DNA of 64,000 bases, taken from positions 954,133 through 1,018,132 of the forward strand of contig JBGLNK010000001.1 in NCBI GenBank assembly GCA_041300405.1, in the 5' to 3' direction. A program made the position numbers and the translations under genes. Positions 1 through 9,010 of this stretch are shown piece after piece. Below the pieces are notes generated by a model, which ran no database searches, was not told the origin of the DNA, and worked only from the letters and a program-made list of their open reading frames with translations. The DNA comes from Dehalococcoidia bacterium. Its GTDB lineage: Bacteria > Chloroflexota > Dehalococcoidia > Dehalococcoidales > RBG-16-60-22. Within the stretch, counting starts at the first letter, position 1. The number at the start of each line of letters is the position of its first letter.

Positions 1-875
1 TCCTCAAGAAAGCGGTGTGTATGGTACTCTACTACGGCATCGGGCACCTTTTTTAAATTCTCACTTAGTTCGTGCAGGTTTTTGGCCTTTATTCCTGTAA
101 GTTCCGTCAGGTTCGTCCGGATGTAGAAGAGGAAAGGCTCCTTGGCCTTTTTCAAAGGCAGCCCGTAATTGATTACTTTATGCTCAAGAAGCTGTCTGTT
201 AGGGATAACATATGTAATTTCATTAATCCCCTTGAGTCGTAAATTGTTCCAGCTTATCTCGATGATATAACCTTCCTCTCCTGTTTCCAGTTTGATGTAG
301 TCGCCGACTTTAATATTCAGAGATGAACCGATATTAATTCCGGCAAACAGGTCAGGAATAATATTTCTCAAGGTGATTGCCAGCGCCAGGATTATCACTA
401 CTATTAAAAGTAAAACAGGAGTTGTGGGAATACCCCATATGTCTAGCAGTACCATGGCGGTAAAAATAATCATTACGATTCTGATTGCGTTGATAATGAA
501 GATTACGGTCGGCCGGGAGAATTTCGCCCTGGGTAAATATAAATTCAATATCCGTTCACTCAGGAAAATGATTATCCATCCCAGGGACAGGATGAATAAG
601 GTGCTTACCACTTTAATGATGATGCTTTTGGTCTCCGCAGGCAAGACCGAAACCTGTGAGCCTATAGCGGCGCCTAGTAGTAAAAACCAGAGGAAAATAG
701 AACGGCCTACCGGTATTCTGATTAGTTCAAGGCCTTCCCAGTCTGTCCTTTTTCCCCATTGAGCCAGGGTATTGCTGGAAATACGTTTCAGCCATAACCC
801 GACCACGCAAGCGGCCAGGAAAGCCACCATCGGAATAGCTATCTTGTACCAGTTATCAGTTAGCCATTCAATCAT
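1..875 (-). CDS. MscS-family mechanosensitive channel fused to a DUF5752-like C-terminal domain (runs off window edge)
   Basis: Manual translation from ATG 875 (not in ORF track because it has no stop): TM helices, then NIKVGDYIKLETGEEGYIIEISWNNLRLKG...YVIPN (MscS beta domain), then KEPFLFYIRTNLTELTGIKAKNLHEL...VEYHTHRFLE (DUF5752-like). Confidence 0.8.
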   Translation of the reverse strand, partial: MIEWLTDNWYKIAIPMVAFLAACVVGLWLKRISSNTLAQWGKRTDWEGLELIRIPVGRSIFLWFLLLGAAIGSQVSVLPAETKSIIIKVVSTLFILSLGWIIIFLSERILNLYLPRAKFSRPTVIFIINAIRIVMIIFTAMVLLDIWGIPTTPVLLLIVVIILALAITLRNIIPDLFAGINIGSSLNIKVGDYIKLETGEEGYIIEISWNNLRLKGINEITYVIPNRQLLEHKVINYGLPLKKAKEPFLFYIRTNLTELTGIKAKNLHELSENLKKVPDAVVEYHTHRFLE

Positions 876-934
876 TTAATTAAATCCCTCATGTAGTTGC
901 ATTTTCCCTTGAGCATTTTACACCCCGGAGCAGA

Positions 935-1135
935 TTAAACACCCACCTTTTTTTGCTCGTTCAAAAATTGTTCGGCTCTATTAAGCATCTCTTTCTTTGT
1001 TTCTTCTTCACAGGCGGTAAAGAAGAACTTGTGGTATACAACCTTATCATGAGTTTCGATTGCGCCGACAACAAAGCAGTTAATCAATTCTACCCATTGG
1101 CCGTCTTTATTGAGAACGATTATCTTGTTTTCCAT
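935..1135 (-). CDS. hypothetical protein, 66 aa
   Basis: Strong RBS (AAGGAGAG) before ATG; co-oriented between otsB fragment and MscS gene. Confidence 0.6.
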   Translation of the reverse strand: MENKIIVLNKDGQWVELINCFVVGAIETHDKVVYHKFFFTACEEETKKEMLNRAEQFLNEQKKVGV

Positions 1136-1156
1136 AATCTCTCCTTTCTTGATTCA

Positions 1157-1640
1157 TTATTCCAGTAACCTCTCGAGAAACGTCTCTACCTCGGACGGTG
1201 ATTCCAGGAAGTAATGAGCTTTACTTTGCCGGTTTTGCTCTCCGACAAATACAGACAAGCCTGCCTTATAACCCTCGATTGCCCTGAAACCATCTTCGTC
1301 TGTCAGGTCGTCGCCAAGATACATCGGCAGCAGCCCGTTTTCTTTCCCACCCTTTCCATATTTTTCTATCAATAAGTCTATGGTGTTACCCTTGTCCCAT
1401 GTCACAGCAGGCCTGAGTTCGTATACCTTCTTTCCGGTAGTAATTAGCATCTGCTCCTCGGCTTTTATATCGCTGATAACCTGCTTAATCGCTTTTTCAA
1501 TTTCTTCGGGCTTGTCTTCCTCCGCAAGCCGGTAGTGGACGCTGATACTTAGCCTTTTATTCTCTACCAGCACTCCTTTGAATTTCTTTAGCGCATCGTT
1601 TAATCCTTGATAAACTTTTTCAAAAACATGCTTTGACCCC
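1157..1640 (-). CDS. otsB: trehalose-6-phosphate phosphatase, C-terminal fragment (N-terminus lost at junction)
   Basis: GVLVENKRLSISVHYR, GKKVYELRP..WDKG and HAD motif YLGDDLTDEDGF; the N-terminal DxDGT motif is absent. Confidence 0.75.
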
Positions 1641-2200
1641 CCCGGCGGTATGGGGTGGCGGAATTCCGGCAGCTTTAGATTGGGCTTGTCGCCGAAGATA
1701 AAGTACTTGCTCTTGTCCTCGAGTTCGGGAGACTTCTCCTTGGCCCCTTCCCAGGTATACATCGTGCCCGGGCCCATGGTGAAGTGGAAAATGGGACGGT
1801 TGATGGTGATATGTTTAAGCGGGCAGTGCTTCATGCCTGCCGGGATATAGACCATAAAGCTCTTCGTCAGGTTGAACTGCTTGCCGCCCAGCCAGAACTC
1901 TATCTCGCCGCCGAGGTCGGAGGGGTCTTTGGGGTCGGTGCCCAGGTAGGCCAGGACTTCGTCGAAGGGATGGGTGTGCTCCGCCAATCCCGGCTTTTTA
2001 CGCTGTTCTTCCGGCGTGCGGATAACGCCCGGCCAGAACCAGACAACCTCCGAATAGAAAGCGCCGGGTATGACCTCGTTATCCATCCAGATGATATGGT
2101 CCATGATGCGTTTTCCGGGTGGGTTGGCTGCCTCTTTAAGCCGTACCTCTTCCTTAAGCGTGGTGCAGATGTATTTGGGATTATACGTTAATTTAGCCAT
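1640..2200 (-). CDS. cupin-like protein, N-terminal part (truncated at junction ~1640)
   Basis: EHTHPFDEV...GGEIEFWL...YIPAGMKHCP cupin metal motifs; a second repeat begins (EDKSKYFIF) and is cut. Confidence 0.7.
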
Positions 2201-2259
2201 GATATTCGTCCTTTCTTATTTCGTTCCTATTTCATTGCGAGCCATGATATTATTCCATT

Positions 2260-2712
2260 TTATTTCTGTGTCGTGCGGCCGGGCGCGGCTTTATCGAAGT
2301 CGCCGCAGCCGAGGATGATGGCCATTTCCAGGTGGGGGCGGGTGACCTTTTTCCACGTTAACGGGCCGTGCTTGACGCCCCTGGGTATAAAGAGTGCTGT
2401 AGTCGTATCGAAGACAAGCGGCTGTCCGTCATAACAGTATTCTATTTCCCCGCCCAGGTCCTGCGGGTTCTTAGCATCGTTCCCTATGTGTATTACTATT
2501 TCATCGTAGTTATGGACATGCTCGGGGATATGGGGATTGGGATTGGGCATATCATATATCCAGCTGAACTCGATGTAGGTATTGCTGCCGGGTACGAGCG
2601 CGTTGCTCATGTATGTCTGGGAGGGAATCTGGCGGCCGGTGGTTTTTGAACCGAGGCCAACTTCCCTGATGGGTTTTCTGACCAGGTATTTTTCAGCATT
2701 CATTTCGGGCAT
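2260..2712 (-). CDS. cupin-like protein (paralogue of downstream gene)
   Basis: EHVHNYDEI...LGGEIEY...FIPRGVKHGP. Confidence 0.8.
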   Translation of the reverse strand: MPEMNAEKYLVRKPIREVGLGSKTTGRQIPSQTYMSNALVPGSNTYIEFSWIYDMPNPNPHIPEHVHNYDEIVIHIGNDAKNPQDLGGEIEYCYDGQPLVFDTTTALFIPRGVKHGPLTWKKVTRPHLEMAIILGCGDFDKAAPGRTTQK

Positions 2713-2943
2713 TGATATGTTCGCTCCTTTCTGAATGTCCCTGGGGGGACACGATTCAATAGTCGTAATACGTGTTTTTGGCCTGATTTTACATCCAGCT
2801 TACAGCTAGTGTCAACACGAAGTGTTTCAAATAATGAAATGAATTTGGACTTCAGGCTGAAAGATCATAGCTAAGGGGAAAATATATTTTATAAACCCTT
2901 GTATTTTTCAGTTTATTAGTTTTAAACCGGCCGCGGATTTGGG

Positions 2944-3744
2944 TTATGGTTTGGCGGCCTTAAGCGAGAACATAAGCGGGATAGGGTCGCCTTCGATATG
3001 CCATCTGCCGTCGTCTTGTTTTTTCATGAAAGGCAGAGCTTGATATTCAATGAAGGGATATTCGTGAAGGAATTCAACGTGCAAACCGGCGTTGGCAAGT
3101 GAAGTAATGACGTTGCTCATCGGGTACTGCCACTCGTAAGAGATGTTGTTTAACCGGGCATTGGGGTCGGCATAGTCCAAACCTTCCTCGAATTTTAACG
3201 GTTCGTCCTGCTGAAAATAAGAATAAGCGACTTTGAGCCCCGTGCTCTTACGGGAGTCATCGAAAATGTATTGTACCGGGTGAAATTCGACGATATAGAA
3301 AAATCCGCCGCGCTTTAGAAAGTGGGCAATAATCTCCGCCCATTTCTTCAAATCAGGAAGCCATGCGAGTACACCATAGGATGTAAAAATAATATCGAAT
3401 TTCTTCCTTGAAACATCGGGCAGGGCGTAAATATCCGACTGGATGAAGTTAGCATTAATACCCGTTTCTTTACTTAACTTGCGGGCGAGATTGATTGACT
3501 CGCCGGAAAAATCCACACCTGTCGCTTTAGCGCCCCGCCGCGCCCACGATAGCGTATCCATACCGAAGTGGCATTGGAGATGGAGTAATGATTTACCTGT
3601 AACATCTCCCATTTCTTCCAGCTCGATGGGTTTTAAAGTACATCTACCCTTTTTAAAACCTTCAATATCATAGAACTCCGATTGCGCGTGGATAGGAGTT
3701 CTCTCGTTCCAGAGGGCTTTATTGTTTTCAAGGTATTTGTCCAA
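2944..3744 (-). CDS. class I SAM-dependent methyltransferase
   Basis: LLHLQCHFGMDTL motif I variant, GVDFS, FDIIFTSYG. Confidence 0.9.
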   Translation of the reverse strand: MDKYLENNKALWNERTPIHAQSEFYDIEGFKKGRCTLKPIELEEMGDVTGKSLLHLQCHFGMDTLSWARRGAKATGVDFSGESINLARKLSKETGINANFIQSDIYALPDVSRKKFDIIFTSYGVLAWLPDLKKWAEIIAHFLKRGGFFYIVEFHPVQYIFDDSRKSTGLKVAYSYFQQDEPLKFEEGLDYADPNARLNNISYEWQYPMSNVITSLANAGLHVEFLHEYPFIEYQALPFMKKQDDGRWHIEGDPIPLMFSLKAAKP

Positions 3745-3770
3745 GGAATTTACTTTTTCCTAATCCCTTT

Positions 3771-4496
3771 CTATAATAACGAGGTATAAATCATACACTG
3801 ATTTCTTTCCTTGCTAAAGTACTCAACTGTAAAACCTGCCGCTTTCAGCTCTTTTCTATAGCCTTCTTCGTTATTAGCTCGGGCAGGTAATCTAGGTAAT
3901 TCTACTTTTCGTTGTTTACCGCGTACATATGCCGTATAACTGGTCGGAGCTTTTTGATCGTCACTGAAAGCTTTATTGAACTGTTGTAAACTCGTTATAT
4001 TTTCTTTAAATTCATCTAGCTGGGAGTTTTCCTGAAAATACACTTTCACCCCATTTTTCAGGATGCGCTTTACCTCTGCTAAATATTTTTCCCGATGTTT
4101 ATCGGTAATTAACATATGAAAACATTGATTATCTATTGCAACATCGTATGAATTATCTGGTATCTGTGATAATTCCGTAATGTCAGCCAGGATAAACGCA
4201 TTTTTACCTTTGGTGCCGGTCTTTTTTATGGCTTGTTGAATTGCTGTTTCTGAAATATCTATCCCAAGATATCGATATCCGTGACCGAGTAAGTATTTAG
4301 CCATGTGTCCTTGCCCGCATCCGAATTCTATAATCGAGGTCTTGGAAGGTTTGCAATGAGTATATTTTAGGAAGTCATCAATGTGTTTAATAGTACTTGC
4401 GAGCTCCTCAGGATTATATATCCAATCTTCTATGCCTTGCTCACACAATCGGCGGTAGCGGTCTTCATAAAGGTCGAAATAAACCTTATCATTCAT
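3771..4496 (-). CDS. class I SAM-dependent methyltransferase
   Basis: IIEFGCGQG, LGIDIS, YDVAID motifs; visibly AT-rich. Confidence 0.85.
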   Translation of the reverse strand: MNDKVYFDLYEDRYRRLCEQGIEDWIYNPEELASTIKHIDDFLKYTHCKPSKTSIIEFGCGQGHMAKYLLGHGYRYLGIDISETAIQQAIKKTGTKGKNAFILADITELSQIPDNSYDVAIDNQCFHMLITDKHREKYLAEVKRILKNGVKVYFQENSQLDEFKENITSLQQFNKAFSDDQKAPTSYTAYVRGKQRKVELPRLPARANNEEGYRKELKAAGFTVEYFSKERNQCMIYTSLL

Positions 4497-4497
4497 C

Positions 4498-6021
4498 TTA
4501 CTCTGTCCGTCTCGGTCTATACTGCACCGCTTCGGCGATGTGATTGGCCTTGATTGTATCGCACCCTTCCAGGTCGGCGATAGTCAGCGCCAGCTTCAGG
4601 ATGCGGTGGAACGCCCGCGCGGAAAGGTAAAGCTGCTTCATCGCCGCCTGCAGCAGTCCCTGGGCGGCGCTTTCAACTTTACATAAGTCTCTGATTTCTG
4701 TCGGCGTCATTTCCGCGTTGCAGGTCAGCCTCGTGCCTTTAAAGCGTCTTGTCTGGCGTTCGCGCGCGGCGGTTACCCTTGCCTGCACGGTCTCCGATGT
4801 TTCGTTGCGGCGCTCCTCGGTCAATTTCTCGTAGGCTATATGCGGCACTTCGGTAAAGATGTCCACCCGGTCGAGGAAAGGCCCGCTAATACGCCTCTGG
4901 TAGCGTATAACCAGGCTTGAAGGGCAGGTGCACTTGTGGAAAGGGTCGCCGTGGAAGCCGCACGGACAGGGATTCATCGCGCCCACCAGCATGAAGCTGG
5001 AAGGAAAGGTTACTCTGCCCTGGGCGCGTGAAATGGTGACGATTTTATCCTCCAAAGGCTGCCGCAGTACTTCCAGCAGGGCGCTGCCGAATTCCGGCAG
5101 CTCATCGAGGAAGAGGACGCCGCGGTGGCTCAAACTTATTTCTCCCGGCTTTGGGAAATGTCCCCCGCCCACCAGCCCCACGTTAGATATTGTATAATGC
5201 GGCGCGCGGAAGGGACGCTGTCTGACCAGCGGCGTATCCGCCGGCAGCAGGCCGCTGACGCTGTATATCTTGGTGACTTCCAGGGCTTCATCGTTGGTCA
5301 TGGGGGGTAATATGGAAGGCAGAGAGCGCGCCAGCAGTGTCTTGCCGCTGCCCGGCGGCCCGCACATCACCAGGTTATGCCCTCCGGCGGCGGCTACCTC
5401 AAGAGCGCGTTTGACGTGCTCCTGGCCTTTGATGTCCGCCATGTCGGTCAAATGCTGCAATGTGGAGGGTACAGGAACAGGCGTCCCGGTGGGTTTTAAC
5501 TCCGGGGCGGGTATATCGCCGCTCAGGTAGGAGACGAGCTGCGCCAGCGACGCTACCGGGATGATTTTTACGCCTTCGATTAACGATGCTTCGCGAGCAT
5601 CGGCCTCCGGCACGATTACGGTCGGGATGCCCTCCGTTTTCGCCAGGGCGGCCAGCGGCAGGACGCCGTTGGTATGGCGCACCGTGCCGTCAAGTGAAAG
5701 TTCGCCCAGCACCATGATATTGGAAACGTCCGCCCTGACCTGCTCGGAGCTAAGTAAGATACCGAGGGCGATAGGCAGGTCATAAGCGGGTCCCGCTTTC
5801 TTGAGGTCGGCCGGAGCCAGGTTCACCACGACGCGTGTTCCGGGAAAATATCCGCCGGAATTGCGTATCGCGGAGCGCACGCGTTCGCCGGATTCTTCTA
5901 CAGCGGTATCCGGCAAACCTACGATGATTGTCTTGGGCAGGCCGGGCAGTATATCTACTTCAACTTCTACTATAGCGCCGTCAAGGCCTATAATGGCGCC
6001 GCTCGTGACTTTTGCTAACAT
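4498..6021 (-). CDS. comM: YifB/ComM Mg-chelatase-like AAA+ ATPase
   Basis: NLAPADLKKAG, GPPGSGKT Walker A, GVLFLDELPEF, MNPCPCG, LSARAFHRILK. Confidence 0.95.
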   Translation of the reverse strand: MLAKVTSGAIIGLDGAIVEVEVDILPGLPKTIIVGLPDTAVEESGERVRSAIRNSGGYFPGTRVVVNLAPADLKKAGPAYDLPIALGILLSSEQVRADVSNIMVLGELSLDGTVRHTNGVLPLAALAKTEGIPTVIVPEADAREASLIEGVKIIPVASLAQLVSYLSGDIPAPELKPTGTPVPVPSTLQHLTDMADIKGQEHVKRALEVAAAGGHNLVMCGPPGSGKTLLARSLPSILPPMTNDEALEVTKIYSVSGLLPADTPLVRQRPFRAPHYTISNVGLVGGGHFPKPGEISLSHRGVLFLDELPEFGSALLEVLRQPLEDKIVTISRAQGRVTFPSSFMLVGAMNPCPCGFHGDPFHKCTCPSSLVIRYQRRISGPFLDRVDIFTEVPHIAYEKLTEERRNETSETVQARVTAARERQTRRFKGTRLTCNAEMTPTEIRDLCKVESAAQGLLQAAMKQLYLSARAFHRILKLALTIADLEGCDTIKANHIAEAVQYRPRRTE

Positions 6022-6202
6022 TGTGACGATTATAGCGCAAAATGAGTAGTAATGGCAAAAATGAAGCTCATCACGCTAATGATTTCTGTCACGGTTTTGT
6101 AATTTATAATGTCGTGAATATATAACATTGTTATATAAAAAAGTGAATAATAAAAGTAGTGCCCGGACAGCCCATTTAAAAATCGTGCAAAGGAGTATCA
6201 AT

Positions 6203-6388
6203 ATGCCTTACCGTGTCGAGTACCGGCAGGACCATAAAAACGCCAAAGGTGAACTGGCTCCCTGGGCTATTATCAACGAGGATCGCAACGAGGTTGTGGG
6301 TAGTTCAGAGACAAAAGAAAACGCCGAAGCCAGCATCCGCGCGCGGCTCGCGGGTGAGCATGGAGGATTTAAATCCCGGAAACGCTGA
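6203..6388 (+). CDS. hypothetical protein, 61 aa
   Basis: AAGGAG RBS then ATG at 6203 inside ORF 6128..6388. Confidence 0.65.
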   Translation: MPYRVEYRQDHKNAKGELAPWAIINEDRNEVVGSSETKENAEASIRARLAGEHGGFKSRKR

Positions 6389-6425
6389 AAACCGCGATAT
6401 AGTACTCCCGTTTCCTTTCCCTTTA

Positions 6426-6536
6426 CCCCTCACTCTAATCTCTCCCGCAAGGGGAGAGAAGAGGCGACAAAATGCTATCTAAACTATTTCGCTATCCAAT
6501 TCCTCTCCCTTTATGGGAGAGGCCAGGTGAGGGTGA
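6426..6536. repeat. inverted doublet of REP-like palindromes (BIME-like)
   Basis: CCCCTCACTCTAATCTCTCCCGCAAGGGGAGAGA (6426-6459) and inverted relative CCTCTCCCTTTATGGGAGAGGCCAGGTGAGGG (from 6502). Confidence 0.8.
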
Positions 6537-6539
6537 GAA

Positions 6540-6881
6540 TTACATCTTTACAGAATCTTTGATTTTACTAACTACCTTATCGAGGTTATTTTCTATCTCA
6601 CTATTCCAAAACCTTAAGACTTTAAACCCTTGTTGAAGCAGCCATAAAGAACGTTGCTTATCATTAACTCTGGTTTGTGTTTCACGATGAGGATTACCAT
6701 CGATTTCAATTATTAATTTTTTCTCGAAGCTTACAAAATCAACAACATAACTGCCGATCGGCTCTTGTCGGCGGAATTTCACATCCTTTAATTGCTTATC
6801 TCTTAACTTGAACCACAGCCTTTTTTCGGCTTCAGTTTGTCTTTTTCTTAGCTGCCTGGCTGCTTCAGTTAAAATTTCCAT
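6540..6881 (-). CDS. DUF559 (Vsr-like, PD-(D/E)XK) endonuclease-domain protein
   Basis: ARQLRKRQTEAEKRLW, KFRRQEPIGSYVVDF, IEIDGNPH, GFKVLRFWNSEI; likely start ATG 6881. Confidence 0.9.
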   Translation of the reverse strand: MEILTEAARQLRKRQTEAEKRLWFKLRDKQLKDVKFRRQEPIGSYVVDFVSFEKKLIIEIDGNPHRETQTRVNDKQRSLWLLQQGFKVLRFWNSEIENNLDKVVSKIKDSVKM

Positions 6882-6982
6882 TTCTTTTAATCTAATTTCC
6901 CCTAAATTGTTCAAGAAGCTCAGGATGAGTGGGGAGGGAGAAGCCGTTGGCTCATCCCTTATCACGTTCTCCCGTTTCCTTT

Positions 6983-7052
6983 CCCCCTTTGTCAAAGGGG
7001 GGAATACAAGGGGGATTTTGCATACATGGATTCCCGCTTTCGCGGGAATGAC
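6983..7052. repeat. two further REP-like palindromes
   Basis: CCCCCTTTGTCAAAGGGGGG..AGGGGGATTT (6983-7018) and TGGATTCCCGCTTTCGCGGGAATGAC (7027-7052). Confidence 0.8.
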
Positions 7053-7062
7053 AGGAGCGTTG

Positions 7063-7491
7063 CTACCCTTGCGCCAGTATTTGCCTTATCTCTACTGCGT
7101 ACGTTTCACTTTCTTTATCGCCGGTGATAATTTCTATCTGGCCGGCGCTTTTAACGCCCAGCCCCAGTTCCGCCGCCCGCTTAATCTGCTCCTGCTCGAA
7201 GATTTTACCCCTGCTCACATCTTCCGTCGTTCCCAGGTGCCGCAAAATCGCTACTCCCACAGCGTCGATAGCGACGCGGTCGGTGCCGCCGAGCATCACG
7301 TTGGCCTGGACGCGTTTGCCGCGTGCTGGGCCTCCATCCGTGAAAGCTTCCACACCATCCAGCACGATTAAGTCCGGCGAGTAGGCGGTGTTAATCTCGG
7401 CGATCATCTGCCGCTGGAACTTCGAGCTGTGCAGTTCGTTCATGTACGGGTAACCGCCGGGGTCCCTCAAACCGGGCGGCACCATGCCCAC
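7063..7491 (-). CDS. DUF362-domain protein, C-terminal fragment
   Basis: PDLIVLDG..EAF..GGP..G, GTDRVAIDAVG, IFEQEQI..A..LGLG; no proper start, N-terminus replaced at junction. Confidence 0.8.
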   Translation of the reverse strand: MGMVPPGLRDPGGYPYMNELHSSKFQRQMIAEINTAYSPDLIVLDGVEAFTDGGPARGKRVQANVMLGGTDRVAIDAVGVAILRHLGTTEDVSRGKIFEQEQIKRAAELGLGVKSAGQIEIITGDKESETYAVEIRQILAQG

Positions 7492-8662
7492 TATTATTAA
7501 CGGTCACTGTTTGAGACGGGCTGTTGGTATTTACGGGCACCAGGCCGAAATCAAGGGAAGTTGGCTCAACACTGATATCCGGTTCAGGTTTTGGACCTGC
7601 GGTGCCCGTTCCTGTTAAAGCCACATCTACATCCGTATCGTTGGAGTAAATGGTCATAGTGCCTGCTTGAAGCCCTGCCGCTATTGGCGTAAAGATGACT
7701 CTGATAACAACTGAATCACCGGGAATGATCGTCTGCCCGGAGATATTGCCGCTGGAGATAGTGAAATTCGCGTTATCGATGGATAGATTACCGATGGTTA
7801 AATTAGCCGTGCCTGTATTGCTTACAATCACGCTTTGTGACGAACTGGAGGTATTTACCAGGACGGAGCCGAAATCAAGAGAAGTCGGGTTAACGTTGAT
7901 ATCAGGCTTTGGTTCCGGCGCAGTGGCGCCTGTGCCCGTCAAAGACACATAAACTGTGCTTTCATCCGGGTCATTGGAAGGGATAGTCAGTATTCCTGCT
8001 TGAGCCCCCGCCGCTGTAGGTGTAAAGATAAGATTGATAATAGCCGAATTACCTGGAATGATTATCTGGCCGGAGATGTTGCCGCTGGTAATAGTAAATT
8101 TCGCGTTATTAATAGATAAATTACCGATAGTCAGATTAACCGTACCTGTATTACTTATCGTTATGCTCTGTGATGGACTGGCAGTATTTACAAATACCGA
8201 ACTAAAGTCAAGGGATGTTGGGCTGACACTTATATCTGGTTGAGGCGGCGGTACAGCCGTACCTGTGCCTCTGAGAGGGACGTAAAACGTACCTTGTACA
8301 GAATTATGGGCATAAAGCTGCAGGAAAGCTGTTTTAACTCCAATTGAAAACGGATGGAAAATGAGGCTAACACTGGCGGTGCCTTGCGGAGCAATCTTTT
8401 CGGTTCCATTGGTGCTGTCAATCCGAAACTGGTTAGCATTATTTCCAACAATGGAAATCATACAGATACCGATATCGATGTTAGTATTGTTGGTTATGGT
8501 CACTGTCACGGGTGAGCTGTCGGTATCGATAGTAACGCTGCCGAAGTCGATTGCCGCAGGAGAAAAACTTAGATCCGGCTGAACTGTACCTGCAACTGCG
8601 CTCAGTGGAGAGAAAACCTGCGCTAGTAATACAAAGATAATGAGTGTTAAATTTCTAAACAT
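7490..8662 (-). CDS. secreted protein with tandem Ig-like (choice-of-anchor D/ASH) repeats, truncated in 4th repeat
   Basis: Signal peptide; repeats PDISVSPTSLDF...ISNTGTVNLTIG...FTP...G...LTGTG. Confidence 0.8.
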
Positions 8663-9010
8663 ACCATACCCTCATTGAGCAAGGTCGTATACTAATAATT
8701 TTTAAACCTCGAAGTTAATATTGGTTACACAATGATAAATTGAATAAGATAAAGTAACCCATCTTCAGTATAGAGTAGGTATAGTTAGAAAACGGTATTA
8801 TTACTATAAACAAACGGTTAGAAAAAGGTTAGAGTTTTTTTTAGCCTGACTTCGGCGACCTATCTTTTCTTATCATTTCTTGTCTTTTTCTACCTTAAAA
8901 TACCAATTTCAATAACTGATTTTTCAGAGTACTGCCTACCAAAATACCAGCGATTTTATGACCATTAGGTGATTCTATGGAGACGGTAATTATGGTTAAC
9001 ATAATATATA

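Larger units (their letters stand above)
6405..6985. repeat. perfect 17-bp direct repeat CTCCCGTTTCCTTTCCC bracketing the REP doublet and DUF559 gene
   Basis: Identical copies at 6405-6421 and 6969-6985. Confidence 0.85.

Noticed and set aside
373-762. This ORF and the many other antisense or overlapping ORFs in the track
   Set aside because: They shadow well-supported genes on the other strand or frame and show no motifs or RBS of their own.
1157-2200. Novel cupin-trehalose phosphatase fusion (347-aa ORF)
   Set aside because: Both halves are incomplete (second cupin repeat cut, HAD motif I missing) and the switch sits on the ~5.8-kb junction series; most likely a chance in-frame join.
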